A stretch of 41,112 nt of DNA from an uncultured Clostridia bacterium. Its GTDB lineage: Bacteria > Bacillota > Clostridia > Oscillospirales > Acutalibacteraceae. Positions 8,373 through 16,261 of the stretch are shown here, piece after piece. A program made the position numbers and the translations under genes. Each line of letters begins with the position of its first letter. The first letter of the stretch is position 1. Where the stretch lies: NCBI GenBank assembly GCA_937897215.1, contig CALCBQ010000049.1:1-41112 (forward strand), given 5' to 3'. The notes beneath the pieces were generated by a model. The model ran no database searches, was not told the origin of the DNA, and saw nothing but the letters and a program-made list of their open reading frames with translations.

Positions 8373-8591
8373 ATGAAAGTTGCTGAAAGAATTCGAAGCC
8401 TTAGAGAAGATAGGGATTTGTCTCAAACAGTTATTGCTGAATTTTTAAACACATCACAAACTGTATATGGCAGATATGAAAGAAATGAAAGAAGTCTGCC
8501 AATAGAAATGTTGTATGAGTTGTGTAAGTTCTATAATGTTTCAGCAGATTATATCTTGGGCTTAACAGATAATCCAAAAGTGAACAGATGA
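8373..8591 (+). CDS. XRE-family helix-turn-helix transcriptional regulator
   Basis: IRSLREDRDLSQTVIAEFLNTSQTVYGRYERNERSLPIEMLYELCKFYNVSADYILG is a canonical Cro/C1-type HTH. AGGAG lies 8 nt upstream. Confidence 0.9.
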   Translation: MKVAERIRSLREDRDLSQTVIAEFLNTSQTVYGRYERNERSLPIEMLYELCKFYNVSADYILGLTDNPKVNR

Positions 8592-8598
8592 AATGTTG

Positions 8599-8626
8599 GG
8601 GACGCACCACAGCGTCCCATTTTTAT
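8599..8626 (+). terminator. Intrinsic terminator after the XRE gene
   Basis: GGGACGC-accaca-GCGTCCC followed by ATTTTTATTT. Confidence 0.6.
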
Positions 8627-8630
8627 TTGA

Positions 8631-8816
8631 CAAATTTGAGTTTGTCGAATTCAATTCGTAATGCGTAATTCGGAATTCGTAATCCCCCCCTCAGTCGCTT
8701 CGCGACAGCTCCCCCTCAAGGGGGGAGCCCAATTTTTGCCTTCCCCCTACGAGGGGAAGGTGGCAAAACGAAGTTTTGACGGAAGGGGGGCAAAGAGTTC
8801 GACAAACTATAATTTG
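8631..8816. mobile_element. MITE-like non-coding element (186 bp) with ~19-bp terminal inverted repeats
   Basis: Left end is CAAATTTGAGTTTGTCGAA. The reverse complement of the right end is CAAATTATAGTTTGTCGAA. The interior has AATTCGTAAT repeats and G/C-rich hairpins (GCTCCCCC-tcaa-GGGGGGAGC; CCTTCCCC-ctacga-GGGGAAGG). The first ~72 nt recur at 41041-41112. Confidence 0.6.
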
Positions 8817-8841
8817 TGCGGAAAAATATGATTAGCTTTGC

Positions 8842-8876
8842 AAAAAAAGACGGTCAAAAAATTGACCGTCTTTTTC
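8842..8876 (-). terminator. Bidirectional-type intrinsic terminator after the lipase gene
   Basis: GACGGTCAA-aaaa-TTGACCGTC is flanked by an A-run and a T-run. Confidence 0.7.
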
Positions 8877-8878
8877 TG

Positions 8879-10906
8879 TTATTCTTCTCTTTTCTTAATC
8901 ACTACGCCCGTTGCAATTATTGTTCCTGCAAGGACTGCTACTGCAGTTGCAACTGTTGAAATACTACGGTTTGTTTTTGGAATATCGCCCTCAACATTTT
9001 CTGTGTTATTTTCGCTATCATTACTTGTTGTTGATTCGGTTGTATTCTCTGTTGTTGATTCAGTTGTATCATCTTCAGGTGCAGTTGTGCTTTCAGTTGG
9101 TTCTTCATCAGGTACAACATCGGCAACCTGTGAAAGATAACCGAATCGTGTCATCTGTGCATCTGTCATTGGTGTAAAGCAGAACACAGATGTTGTGTAT
9201 GTAAGCTGAGTATTAAGAAGCGAATATGTAATCTGCACTTCAAAAGGTATATTCGCATTTTCAAAATCGTTATTTGTTGCTTTGAATTTATACACTTTTC
9301 CTTTTGAAATTGTAAGACCTTGAGCATACTCAAAATCTATATCTGCACCAACAGCCTCAATTGACCAGATTACCACATCTGCTTCAACCGACATATTTTT
9401 AACTACAAGTGCTGTGTCTTTTGTTGAATGATAGCCCGAACTTGTATTATCAAATCGTGCATAAAGAATTTCGCCATTATTCTGAGACATATTGAACTGT
9501 GGGTATTCTTTGCTTGAGTAAACATTGACAATGTCGCCCCACAAGAAATCGTGAACAAGGTTCTTTGAGTATTCGTCGTGCATAATCATACCATGGCCCT
9601 GATTTCTCACATACCAAGTTGAATCCGGTAAAAATCCGGTTGATGCATCAATATCGAATTCAGGAGAAATATGATAATGATTTGGATTATCACAAACTGT
9701 GTTTGCTTGTGTATAATCACTTGCAAAACTTTCGTTTACAGGTGCGCAATCTGACCCTGATGAAAGATATGTATCAATAAGAATATCAGAGTTGTATTTT
9801 CCGTTTGGCGAAGTATAACCGTTACCTACAACATAACCAATCTGCACACCATCTTCAGTTAATTCTGCAAGTTTATTTGCAAGACTATCTCCGCCATTAG
9901 AAATCAATGTATGATAAGCAGTTGTATCAACATAAAGTTTTTTGTTATCTACAACATTAAGTCCTGTATAACTTATTGCTTCTTCAAAATAATTATATGG
10001 CACAAAATCCCAGAGTGATGGAATTGAAATAATGCCATTCCAAAGGTCTGGATATGTGAGTGCATTATTAGCAACATCAACTATACCGTCAGTTGAAAGC
10101 AATTGGAAAATCCATTCCCAATCCTTTTCATATTCAAAACCATGCTCAATAAACGCTACAATTTCATCAAGCGGAACATTAAGATATTCGCCTGTAAAAA
10201 GCGAGCCACAAAGAGTAGTTCCCAGCGTTGCAGGATTGCCAAACATTGCTCGTCTAACATCGCCTTTATCCCCATAGAAATAAAGATATGTAGTACCGTA
10301 TTGACCGCCGTGGCTTAGCCCGTAAATATCAACTTTATCTGAACCTGTAATTTCTTTTACTTCTTGAATGTATGCATCAAGTGCAGCGGCATAATCAAGC
10401 TGACTTCTACGCCAGTCAAAAGTAAACCCGAAAACATTTTCAGCACCCACTTCTTCTATTGCCATATCTGCAACTACTCTTTCAGGAATATACTGCTCCA
10501 TACCATTTTCAATAAGTGTTGAAGCACGAGTTGCCGCCGCGCCACTTGGATATGGTACAAGGTTATTCTTTGATGTACCATCAGGATTCATACCAATTGG
10601 TGCAAGATACTCTTTAATCTTTTTAGCAAGTTCAACAGTCAAATCCGCCTGATTAAGTGTAACATCTGCAAGCAATTCAACAACATCTGCACCGATATTG
10701 TCAAAATTCAACGGCCAAGCAAGTTGAACATTTCCGTTTTCATCAAAAATTGGTTCGCCGTTTTCATCTGCATAGGCAAGATTAGGGCCTGAATAGCCCT
10801 GCAGAATTACTACGGGTACTTTTTCTTCTGCTCCTGCAACAACACCTATTGAAACTGCAGAAACAATTATAAGAACTGCGAGAATAACTGATAAAATCTT
10901 TTTCAT
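8879..10906 (-). CDS. Cell-surface alpha/beta-hydrolase (lipase/esterase, LCAT-like) with Thr/Glu-rich stalk and C-terminal anchor
   Basis: Signal peptide MKKILSVILAVLIIVSAVSIGVVAGA and nucleophile elbow GLSHG (DIYGLSHGG). The C-terminus has TESTT-type low-complexity repeats, then IPKTN, a hydrophobic helix and KKREE. Confidence 0.8.
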   Translation of the reverse strand: MKKILSVILAVLIIVSAVSIGVVAGAEEKVPVVILQGYSGPNLAYADENGEPIFDENGNVQLAWPLNFDNIGADVVELLADVTLNQADLTVELAKKIKEYLAPIGMNPDGTSKNNLVPYPSGAAATRASTLIENGMEQYIPERVVADMAIEEVGAENVFGFTFDWRRSQLDYAAALDAYIQEVKEITGSDKVDIYGLSHGGQYGTTYLYFYGDKGDVRRAMFGNPATLGTTLCGSLFTGEYLNVPLDEIVAFIEHGFEYEKDWEWIFQLLSTDGIVDVANNALTYPDLWNGIISIPSLWDFVPYNYFEEAISYTGLNVVDNKKLYVDTTAYHTLISNGGDSLANKLAELTEDGVQIGYVVGNGYTSPNGKYNSDILIDTYLSSGSDCAPVNESFASDYTQANTVCDNPNHYHISPEFDIDASTGFLPDSTWYVRNQGHGMIMHDEYSKNLVHDFLWGDIVNVYSSKEYPQFNMSQNNGEILYARFDNTSSGYHSTKDTALVVKNMSVEADVVIWSIEAVGADIDFEYAQGLTISKGKVYKFKATNNDFENANIPFEVQITYSLLNTQLTYTTSVFCFTPMTDAQMTRFGYLSQVADVVPDEEPTESTTAPEDDTTESTTENTTESTTSNDSENNTENVEGDIPKTNRSISTVATAVAVLAGTIIATGVVIKKREE

Positions 10907-10959
10907 AACAATTCCCCTTTTGAGAAAAAATCTTATACCAATATTTTACACCTAAATGA

Positions 10960-11003
10960 AATAAAAAGCAATAAAACAGCGACACTCTAAACGAGCGTCG
11001 CTG
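10960..11003 (-). terminator. Intrinsic terminator after the 410-aa lipoprotein gene
   Basis: Minus-strand CAGCGAC-(13 nt)-GTCGCTG followed by TTTTATTGCTTTTTATTT. Confidence 0.55.
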
Positions 11004-11039
11004 TAAAAATTTTTATGCTATTTTTGTGAAATGTTACAA

Positions 11040-12272
11040 TTATTCAGCTGTTTCTTCTACTTCCCAACCAAAATTGTAAGTAAGTGAAGATGTGCAAGGG
11101 AATTCTACAACTACTGTGCCGTATTTTGAGAGCGCGCCTGTAAATGTTACATTTGCAGTAATAATCATATTCTTTTCATAAGTTGCATAAGTCATCTGGT
11201 CGTTAACTGCGTTAAAGCCTGCCATAATTTTGCAAGGTGCAAATGCAATCTCAAATGAGTTGACTGTCATATATTTTTCTGCAACCTTAAACTGTTCTAA
11301 AATACCGTCTTTTTCACGAATTGAGAATGCTTTTGTTACGCTTGCTTCTTCAGGTTTAACCATAATGCCGATTGTTCTGTAAAGTTCTGATGGAACAAAA
11401 ATATATTCGCCATCTTCGTCTTCTGCATTATTGCCCTTGTCATCAAGGTCATGAACTAATGTAGGAACAACAGATGTATAAATAGGATAAGTAACAATAC
11501 CTGTTTCTGCGTCTGTTGTTGTGTAAAGGTCTGCGAGTGTAAGTGTGCTTGCATTCTTCTGACCAAGAGGATAAATGATATTTGTCAAATCCTCGTTGAA
11601 ATCAGTTGCAACCAGGTCATCCTCGTCGCCTTCTTTAACCTGATACTTTTCTTCATTAGAAATGTTCATAAGGTATTTGCCGATATCTTTAAGAGCCATA
11701 TCTGCATAAAGGCGGAATGCAGCACGAAGTTCTGGCTGATTATCAAGAAGATTGCCTTCTGTATCTCTGAAATAAACAGTAACATCCTTATAGCTAATTG
11801 AGCCATCCTCTTCTTTGCCTTCACTACCACCATGGTTAATCCAGAAATTTTCATAGTATGAAACACGAGCTACGCCTGTTGTTTTGATTTCGTTGATTTT
11901 TTCATTAAAGTAATCAAGAACATCCTGCTGATTGCCTGTAAACTGTGCCCATTCTCCTTCAGAAGCAAGGGCCAGAATATCTTTGAAGTATTCTTCATTT
12001 CCGAATTTTGAAACCAGCTCATAATATGAAAGCTTTACAGTTTGTTCATCAGTTTTTTTATTTGTATTTTCAAAAAGGATTGCAAGTTTGTCGCCAGGTA
12101 AAACTTTTTTTAATTCGCCATATGTAAACTCAAAATATACATCTTGCAAATCAGTTTTAACGGTTACAGGAGTTGGTCTTTTAACTTCAGATGTACCACA
12201 ACCTGCAAAAGTTGCTATCATAAGAGCTATAACCATTACCACGCTTAAGATTCTCATAACATTCTTTTTCAT
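11040..12272 (-). CDS. Lipoprotein of unknown function (410 aa)
   Basis: Signal peptide with lipobox (MIATFAGCGT). No recognisable catalytic motifs. It lies 22 nt downstream of the M28 gene, so the two are probably co-transcribed. Confidence 0.8.
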   Translation of the reverse strand: MKKNVMRILSVVMVIALMIATFAGCGTSEVKRPTPVTVKTDLQDVYFEFTYGELKKVLPGDKLAILFENTNKKTDEQTVKLSYYELVSKFGNEEYFKDILALASEGEWAQFTGNQQDVLDYFNEKINEIKTTGVARVSYYENFWINHGGSEGKEEDGSISYKDVTVYFRDTEGNLLDNQPELRAAFRLYADMALKDIGKYLMNISNEEKYQVKEGDEDDLVATDFNEDLTNIIYPLGQKNASTLTLADLYTTTDAETGIVTYPIYTSVVPTLVHDLDDKGNNAEDEDGEYIFVPSELYRTIGIMVKPEEASVTKAFSIREKDGILEQFKVAEKYMTVNSFEIAFAPCKIMAGFNAVNDQMTYATYEKNMIITANVTFTGALSKYGTVVVEFPCTSSLTYNFGWEVEETAE

Positions 12273-12294
12273 TATTTACATTCCCCTTTGGAAA

Positions 12295-13563
12295 TTAATA
12301 TGTTTCCTTAAGACCTTGTTCATCAAACAAGAAAACAGTTTCAAGAACAATTTTAAGTACATCCTCAACAGTTTTCATTTCAAGCATTTTAACTGTATCA
12401 AGACGAGTGTGATAATATCTTGCAGGAGCAGGGTCCATACTTGTAAATGCTACTGATTTAATACCACCCTGTTGCATTGCTGCAGCGTCAGTTGAGCCGA
12501 GTGGTGTTGTTGTGAATTTAACAGGTACTTCTGCGTTTTCTGCCGCTTTTTTCATAAGAGCACAAGCAGATTTATCAAGTTTAACTGTTGCAGTCATATC
12601 TTTTGTAACAACGCCCATAAATTCGTAATCGCGAAGTGTATCAAGTGCTACGAAAACAGTTTCAACACCGTCGTTTTTATATTCGTTTCCGTGCAATTCA
12701 GCAAATGCTTTTGAGCCACGAAGACCTTCTTCTTCAGCACCCATTGATACTGCAATAACTTCAGTATTTTCAAAACTGATATTGTTATTTTTGAGATAAA
12801 GAAGAACTGCCATAGATGTAAATACACCTGTTAAATCGTCATTTGCGCCGTCAACTACTAATTTCCAGTTTACAAAGAAGATTACAGATGCCAAGAATGG
12901 CACTACAATCGCCTGTAACACGATTAACACGATATTTGCACTACTGTTGTCTATAAACATACCAACAATGCCTACAACGAGGGTTAAGAGAAGTCCTAAA
13001 ACTGCACCTGCAACAACTGCTGTAACCATTTTAGGTCCACCTATATATGTATAACGCCATTCATAAGCAGAGTCAATGTGTCCGCCAATGATAATTCTTC
13101 TTTTAACTTCGCCTTTTGCTTTGATTTTGCAGATTACATTGCTTGATTCTTCTTTTTTGAAGAATGGGTCAAGCACTTTTTTGTAAAGCAAAAATTCGCC
13201 AACAAGGAAAAATATTGAGATTACACAAAGTGCAATAGAAGCAATGTGGAATGCATTTGCGAGTTCAGGCACTGCGCCTGTGTATGCTACAATTCCTAAA
13301 ACTGCCGCAATTAAAGCAAGAATACCGTCAATTGTAACCCAACTCATAAACGCTTTTGGGCTTAATGTGAAATTCTCTCTTGTAACTTCATCGGCAATAG
13401 GAGTCATTACTTTTTCAACATAATCCTGAGCCTTTTTTTCGCCCTCATAACCCGCAGGGCGAGGACCCACCTGCTCACATACTCTTTTTATTTCACGAAC
13501 TGCAAAGTTTGAACATTCGCGCACTTTAGAAGCGTAATGAGCGTTACTTTCACTTGCTTTCAA
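12295..13563 (-). CDS. Membrane-embedded M28-family metallopeptidase
   Basis: M28 metal-ligand motifs are present (IIGGHIDSAY, GANDDLTGV, GAEEEGLRGS, ARYYHTRLD), interrupted by several TM helices. The start is TTG, with GGAGGT 8 nt upstream. Confidence 0.8.
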   Translation of the reverse strand: MKASESNAHYASKVRECSNFAVREIKRVCEQVGPRPAGYEGEKKAQDYVEKVMTPIADEVTRENFTLSPKAFMSWVTIDGILALIAAVLGIVAYTGAVPELANAFHIASIALCVISIFFLVGEFLLYKKVLDPFFKKEESSNVICKIKAKGEVKRRIIIGGHIDSAYEWRYTYIGGPKMVTAVVAGAVLGLLLTLVVGIVGMFIDNSSANIVLIVLQAIVVPFLASVIFFVNWKLVVDGANDDLTGVFTSMAVLLYLKNNNISFENTEVIAVSMGAEEEGLRGSKAFAELHGNEYKNDGVETVFVALDTLRDYEFMGVVTKDMTATVKLDKSACALMKKAAENAEVPVKFTTTPLGSTDAAAMQQGGIKSVAFTSMDPAPARYYHTRLDTVKMLEMKTVEDVLKIVLETVFLFDEQGLKETY

Positions 13564-13618
13564 GAATAATTACCTCCAAAAAGGCAAAACACTTTGCCAC
13601 AATAATATAATTACAATT

Positions 13619-13647
13619 ATATTAACACATTTTTTATGTTAAGTCAA
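13619..13647 (-). promoter_or_regulatory. Candidate promoter for the M28-lipoprotein unit
   Basis: Minus strand reads TTGACT, a 17-nt spacer, then TGtTAATAT. Confidence 0.35.
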
Positions 13648-13736
13648 TTTGAAAAGGTTGCAAATATTGACATCGCGGTAAAAAAAGAATAAACTATATG
13701 ATGTTAAAAAGAAATTTATCTCTAAGGACTTAAAAT

Positions 13737-14564
13737 ATGAAAAAAAGACGATTAAAAATACGGCTTGCTCTACTTGTAGCATTAGTTTCAATTCTTGGGC
13801 TTTTATTAATTTTATTTGCAGTTTTCTGTCGCGGTGGCAACTACAACGAGGTTGAAATCACAACAGAATCAACCACCGTAGAAGAAACTACCACACTACC
13901 ACCTGTACCTGAAGAATCAACTACAGAAGAAGAAAGCACAACCGAACCCGAAACTACAACAAAACCACCTGTAAAGTGGGATAATTATAATCCAATTGAG
14001 GTACTTAACAGTGAAAACTGGGCGACCGCTCTTATCAGTAAAAAATATCCGTTAGGCAAATCATACAGTCCCACTCTTGCACCTGTCGTTGACGGCAGTT
14101 CAGTTACTGCAGACACAAGAGTTTCTGATGCATACAAACTTATGTATGCAGATGCATTGGCACAAGGAGTTGTACTGACACCATATTCCGGATACTGTAG
14201 TTATTCTCGTCAACAATCAAACTATGAAAACAAAGTTCAGGCATTTATTTTGCAAGGTATGACCGAAGACGAGGCAAAGCAAAATGCAGAAAAACGAATT
14301 GAACCAGCAGGAAGTAGCGAAAACGGTGCAGGTCTCAGTGTTGATATTGTAAGTGCAAGTGCAGGATTTGCATCAACTAACGAATACAAATGGCTTGTAA
14401 ATAATGCTCATAAATACGGATTTGTTCTTCGTTACCCTGAGGATAAAACAGAAATCACAGGAATGATTTATCAACCATGGCATTGGCGCTATGTTGGTGT
14501 TGATGCTGCAAACGAAATGAAATCAAATAATCTTTGTTTGGAAGAATACCTTGAAGCAATATAA
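13737..14564 (+). CDS. VanY/M15B-like D,D-carboxypeptidase homolog with substituted active-site residues
   Basis: N-terminal TM anchor, Thr/Glu-rich linker, then a VanY-type domain (YGFVLRYPEDKTEITGMIYQPWHWRYVG). At the expected SGYRS, SxHxxGxAxD and ExxH motifs it reads SGYCS, SSENGAGLSVD and QPWH. Confidence 0.85.
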   Translation: MKKRRLKIRLALLVALVSILGLLLILFAVFCRGGNYNEVEITTESTTVEETTTLPPVPEESTTEEESTTEPETTTKPPVKWDNYNPIEVLNSENWATALISKKYPLGKSYSPTLAPVVDGSSVTADTRVSDAYKLMYADALAQGVVLTPYSGYCSYSRQQSNYENKVQAFILQGMTEDEAKQNAEKRIEPAGSSENGAGLSVDIVSASAGFASTNEYKWLVNNAHKYGFVLRYPEDKTEITGMIYQPWHWRYVGVDAANEMKSNNLCLEEYLEAI

Positions 14565-14569
14565 ATTTG

Positions 14570-14602
14570 ACCCATCTGTTAATTACAGATGGGTTGTTTT
14601 TT
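14570..14602 (+). terminator. Intrinsic terminator after the VanY-like gene
   Basis: ACCCATCTG-ttaatta-CAGATGGGT followed by TGTTTTTT. Confidence 0.7.
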
Positions 14603-14611
14603 GATTTGTTT

Positions 14612-14647
14612 TGACAAATCAAAAAAGCCACTCGTGTTGAGTGGCTT
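14612..14647 (-). terminator. Intrinsic terminator ending the large surface-protein operon
   Basis: Minus-strand AAGCCACTC-aacac-GAGTGGCTT followed by TTTTTGATTTG. Confidence 0.75.
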
Positions 14648-14665
14648 TAATTTTTGGTTAAATCT

Positions 14666-15691
14666 TTATTCTGCAATAATCTCGCGTTCGTCTTCTTCGT
14701 CTTTTTTACGTTTGAAGATAATAAGGATGAAGAAGAACAAACTTAACCCCATAACTGAACCCATTATAACAGGATTTTCAAATACTTCTACAAAAGTATC
14801 CGGAATCGGAATAATTGGTGTTGGCTTAACCGGTCCACCGATTGTAATTATTACACCATCTTTATCTTCATCTTTTGGGTCTGTTTCAGGCTTTGGAGTC
14901 GGCTTATCATCAGGATTGCCGTCCGGGTCCTCAAAATCGGGATTATCAGGGTCGCCCGGGTCTGTATCATCAGGGTCTATGTCAGGCTTGCCATCGTTAT
15001 TATTATCGAGTATATAGAAATCAAGATATATTTTATCGGCATCAAGTGGAATAATAACTACTTGTGTACCGTCAGATGCTGTTGTAAGCTCAGGCTTGTC
15101 AACATCAGCTCTTACTATTACAAAAGATGTGTTTGCAAGTACTTCGCCATCTTTTGAAATCTGCACAAGGTGTTTACCATCTGCAATATCTTCAACAGAG
15201 TATCTGCCGTCTGCGTTAGTTTTTGCTGTTGCGCTGCCGAAATCAAAACTTAAAGTTGCATCTTTAAGTTCTTTATCTCCAAAATACACAGTACCTTCAA
15301 TATCTACCTTGCCACATTTATCATTTGCATCGTCAGAGCACTTTTCAAAAGTAAACTCAACAAGGATATCTGTATTAATATCTGTGATTTTAAGATTTCC
15401 GTCTATATACTGATTTGTTACATCAGTGCCGTTGATTTCAATGGTATCAAGATGATAGCCATTTTTAAAAACTGCACCAAGGTCGATTTCACCAAATCTG
15501 TTAATTTTGAATTGTGTACCATCAGGGCAAAGTTTACCATTTACAAGCACATAACCACCATCATTATAAACAACGGTTACTGTATGCTCATCAGGAACAA
15601 CAGTTGAAATAGTTGTATTACTTGCAAATGACGGTATAGCCATAGCAAACACTATAGCTAATGCCATAATAATACTTAATGCTTTTTTCAA
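14666..15691 (-). CDS. Secreted stalk protein with C-terminal membrane anchor (last gene of the operon)
   Basis: Signal peptide ends at SFA. There is a repeat-like beta domain (HTVTVVYNDGGYVLVNG...GYHLDTIEINGTDV) and a CarboxypepD_reg/Cna-B-like segment (GTVYFGDKELKDATLSFD...TNADGRYSVEDIADGKHLV). A long Asp/Pro-rich linker (DPDDTDPGDPDNPDFEDPDGNPDDKPTPKPETDPKDEDKD) precedes a TM helix and a charged tail (KRKKDEEDEREIIAE). Confidence 0.8.
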   Translation of the reverse strand: MKKALSIIMALAIVFAMAIPSFASNTTISTVVPDEHTVTVVYNDGGYVLVNGKLCPDGTQFKINRFGEIDLGAVFKNGYHLDTIEINGTDVTNQYIDGNLKITDINTDILVEFTFEKCSDDANDKCGKVDIEGTVYFGDKELKDATLSFDFGSATAKTNADGRYSVEDIADGKHLVQISKDGEVLANTSFVIVRADVDKPELTTASDGTQVVIIPLDADKIYLDFYILDNNNDGKPDIDPDDTDPGDPDNPDFEDPDGNPDDKPTPKPETDPKDEDKDGVIITIGGPVKPTPIIPIPDTFVEVFENPVIMGSVMGLSLFFFILIIFKRKKDEEDEREIIAE

Positions 15692-15736
15692 TGAAATCCA
15701 CCTCCTTAATTATTTTCTTATTATAAAAACAATTAA

Positions 15737-16234
15737 TTAAGCTTCATAAGCTACTGTGTATGTGATTGTACCAGTATATGCGCCAACGGGAGCAGCATCA
15801 AAACCTGCAACTGTAATTGTTGCATCTGTACCACCAACATCAGATGCTTTTGCACCGTCATTTACACCTGTAAATGTTGTTTCACCTGCACCAGCAAGTG
15901 TGTATTTAAGTGTTGCTGTTGTTTCTGCGTTTTTCATAACGCCATTGTTTGCATCGTCAGTATCTGAGTCATAGTTTACTGCAACTTTAAGGCTTGCACC
16001 AACAAGAAGCTGTGATGTAACTGTATAGCCTACTTCATAAGCTGTTGTTTCATCATCCCAAGCAACAGAAATTGTTGCAGGAATTTCAACGGTATATGAT
16101 GTGTCAGTTGATTCGTTAAATGATGTTTCAACGTTTACTGTATTGTCGCCAAGAACAGCAGTTGCTGCAAATGCAGGAACTGCAACTGCCATCATCATTA
16201 CGAGTGCTAATGCAATAGAAATAATCTTTTTCAT
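15737..16234 (-). CDS. Small secreted paralog P7 (165 aa) of the tandem family
   Basis: Signal peptide MKKIISIALALVMMMAVAVPAFA. Family motifs YTVEIPATISVAW, YTVTSQL, LKVAV, LKYTL and C-terminal VGAYTGTITYTVAYEA. Confidence 0.85.
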   Translation of the reverse strand: MKKIISIALALVMMMAVAVPAFAATAVLGDNTVNVETSFNESTDTSYTVEIPATISVAWDDETTAYEVGYTVTSQLLVGASLKVAVNYDSDTDDANNGVMKNAETTATLKYTLAGAGETTFTGVNDGAKASDVGGTDATITVAGFDAAPVGAYTGTITYTVAYEA

Positions 16235-16261
16235 AATAACTTACTCCTTTGAGTATAAAAA

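Noticed and set aside
7987-8591. Type II toxin-antitoxin pair (XRE antitoxin plus small toxin)
   Set aside because: The genes are divergent rather than co-transcribed, and the 93-aa protein shows no recognisable toxin motif.
8838-9177. Plus-strand ORFs (8838-9140, 8911-9177) and the similar one at 14589-15017
   Set aside because: They are antisense reflections of the Thr/Glu-rich and Asp/Pro-rich low-complexity linkers of real minus-strand genes. They translate to Ser/Val/Leu repeats.
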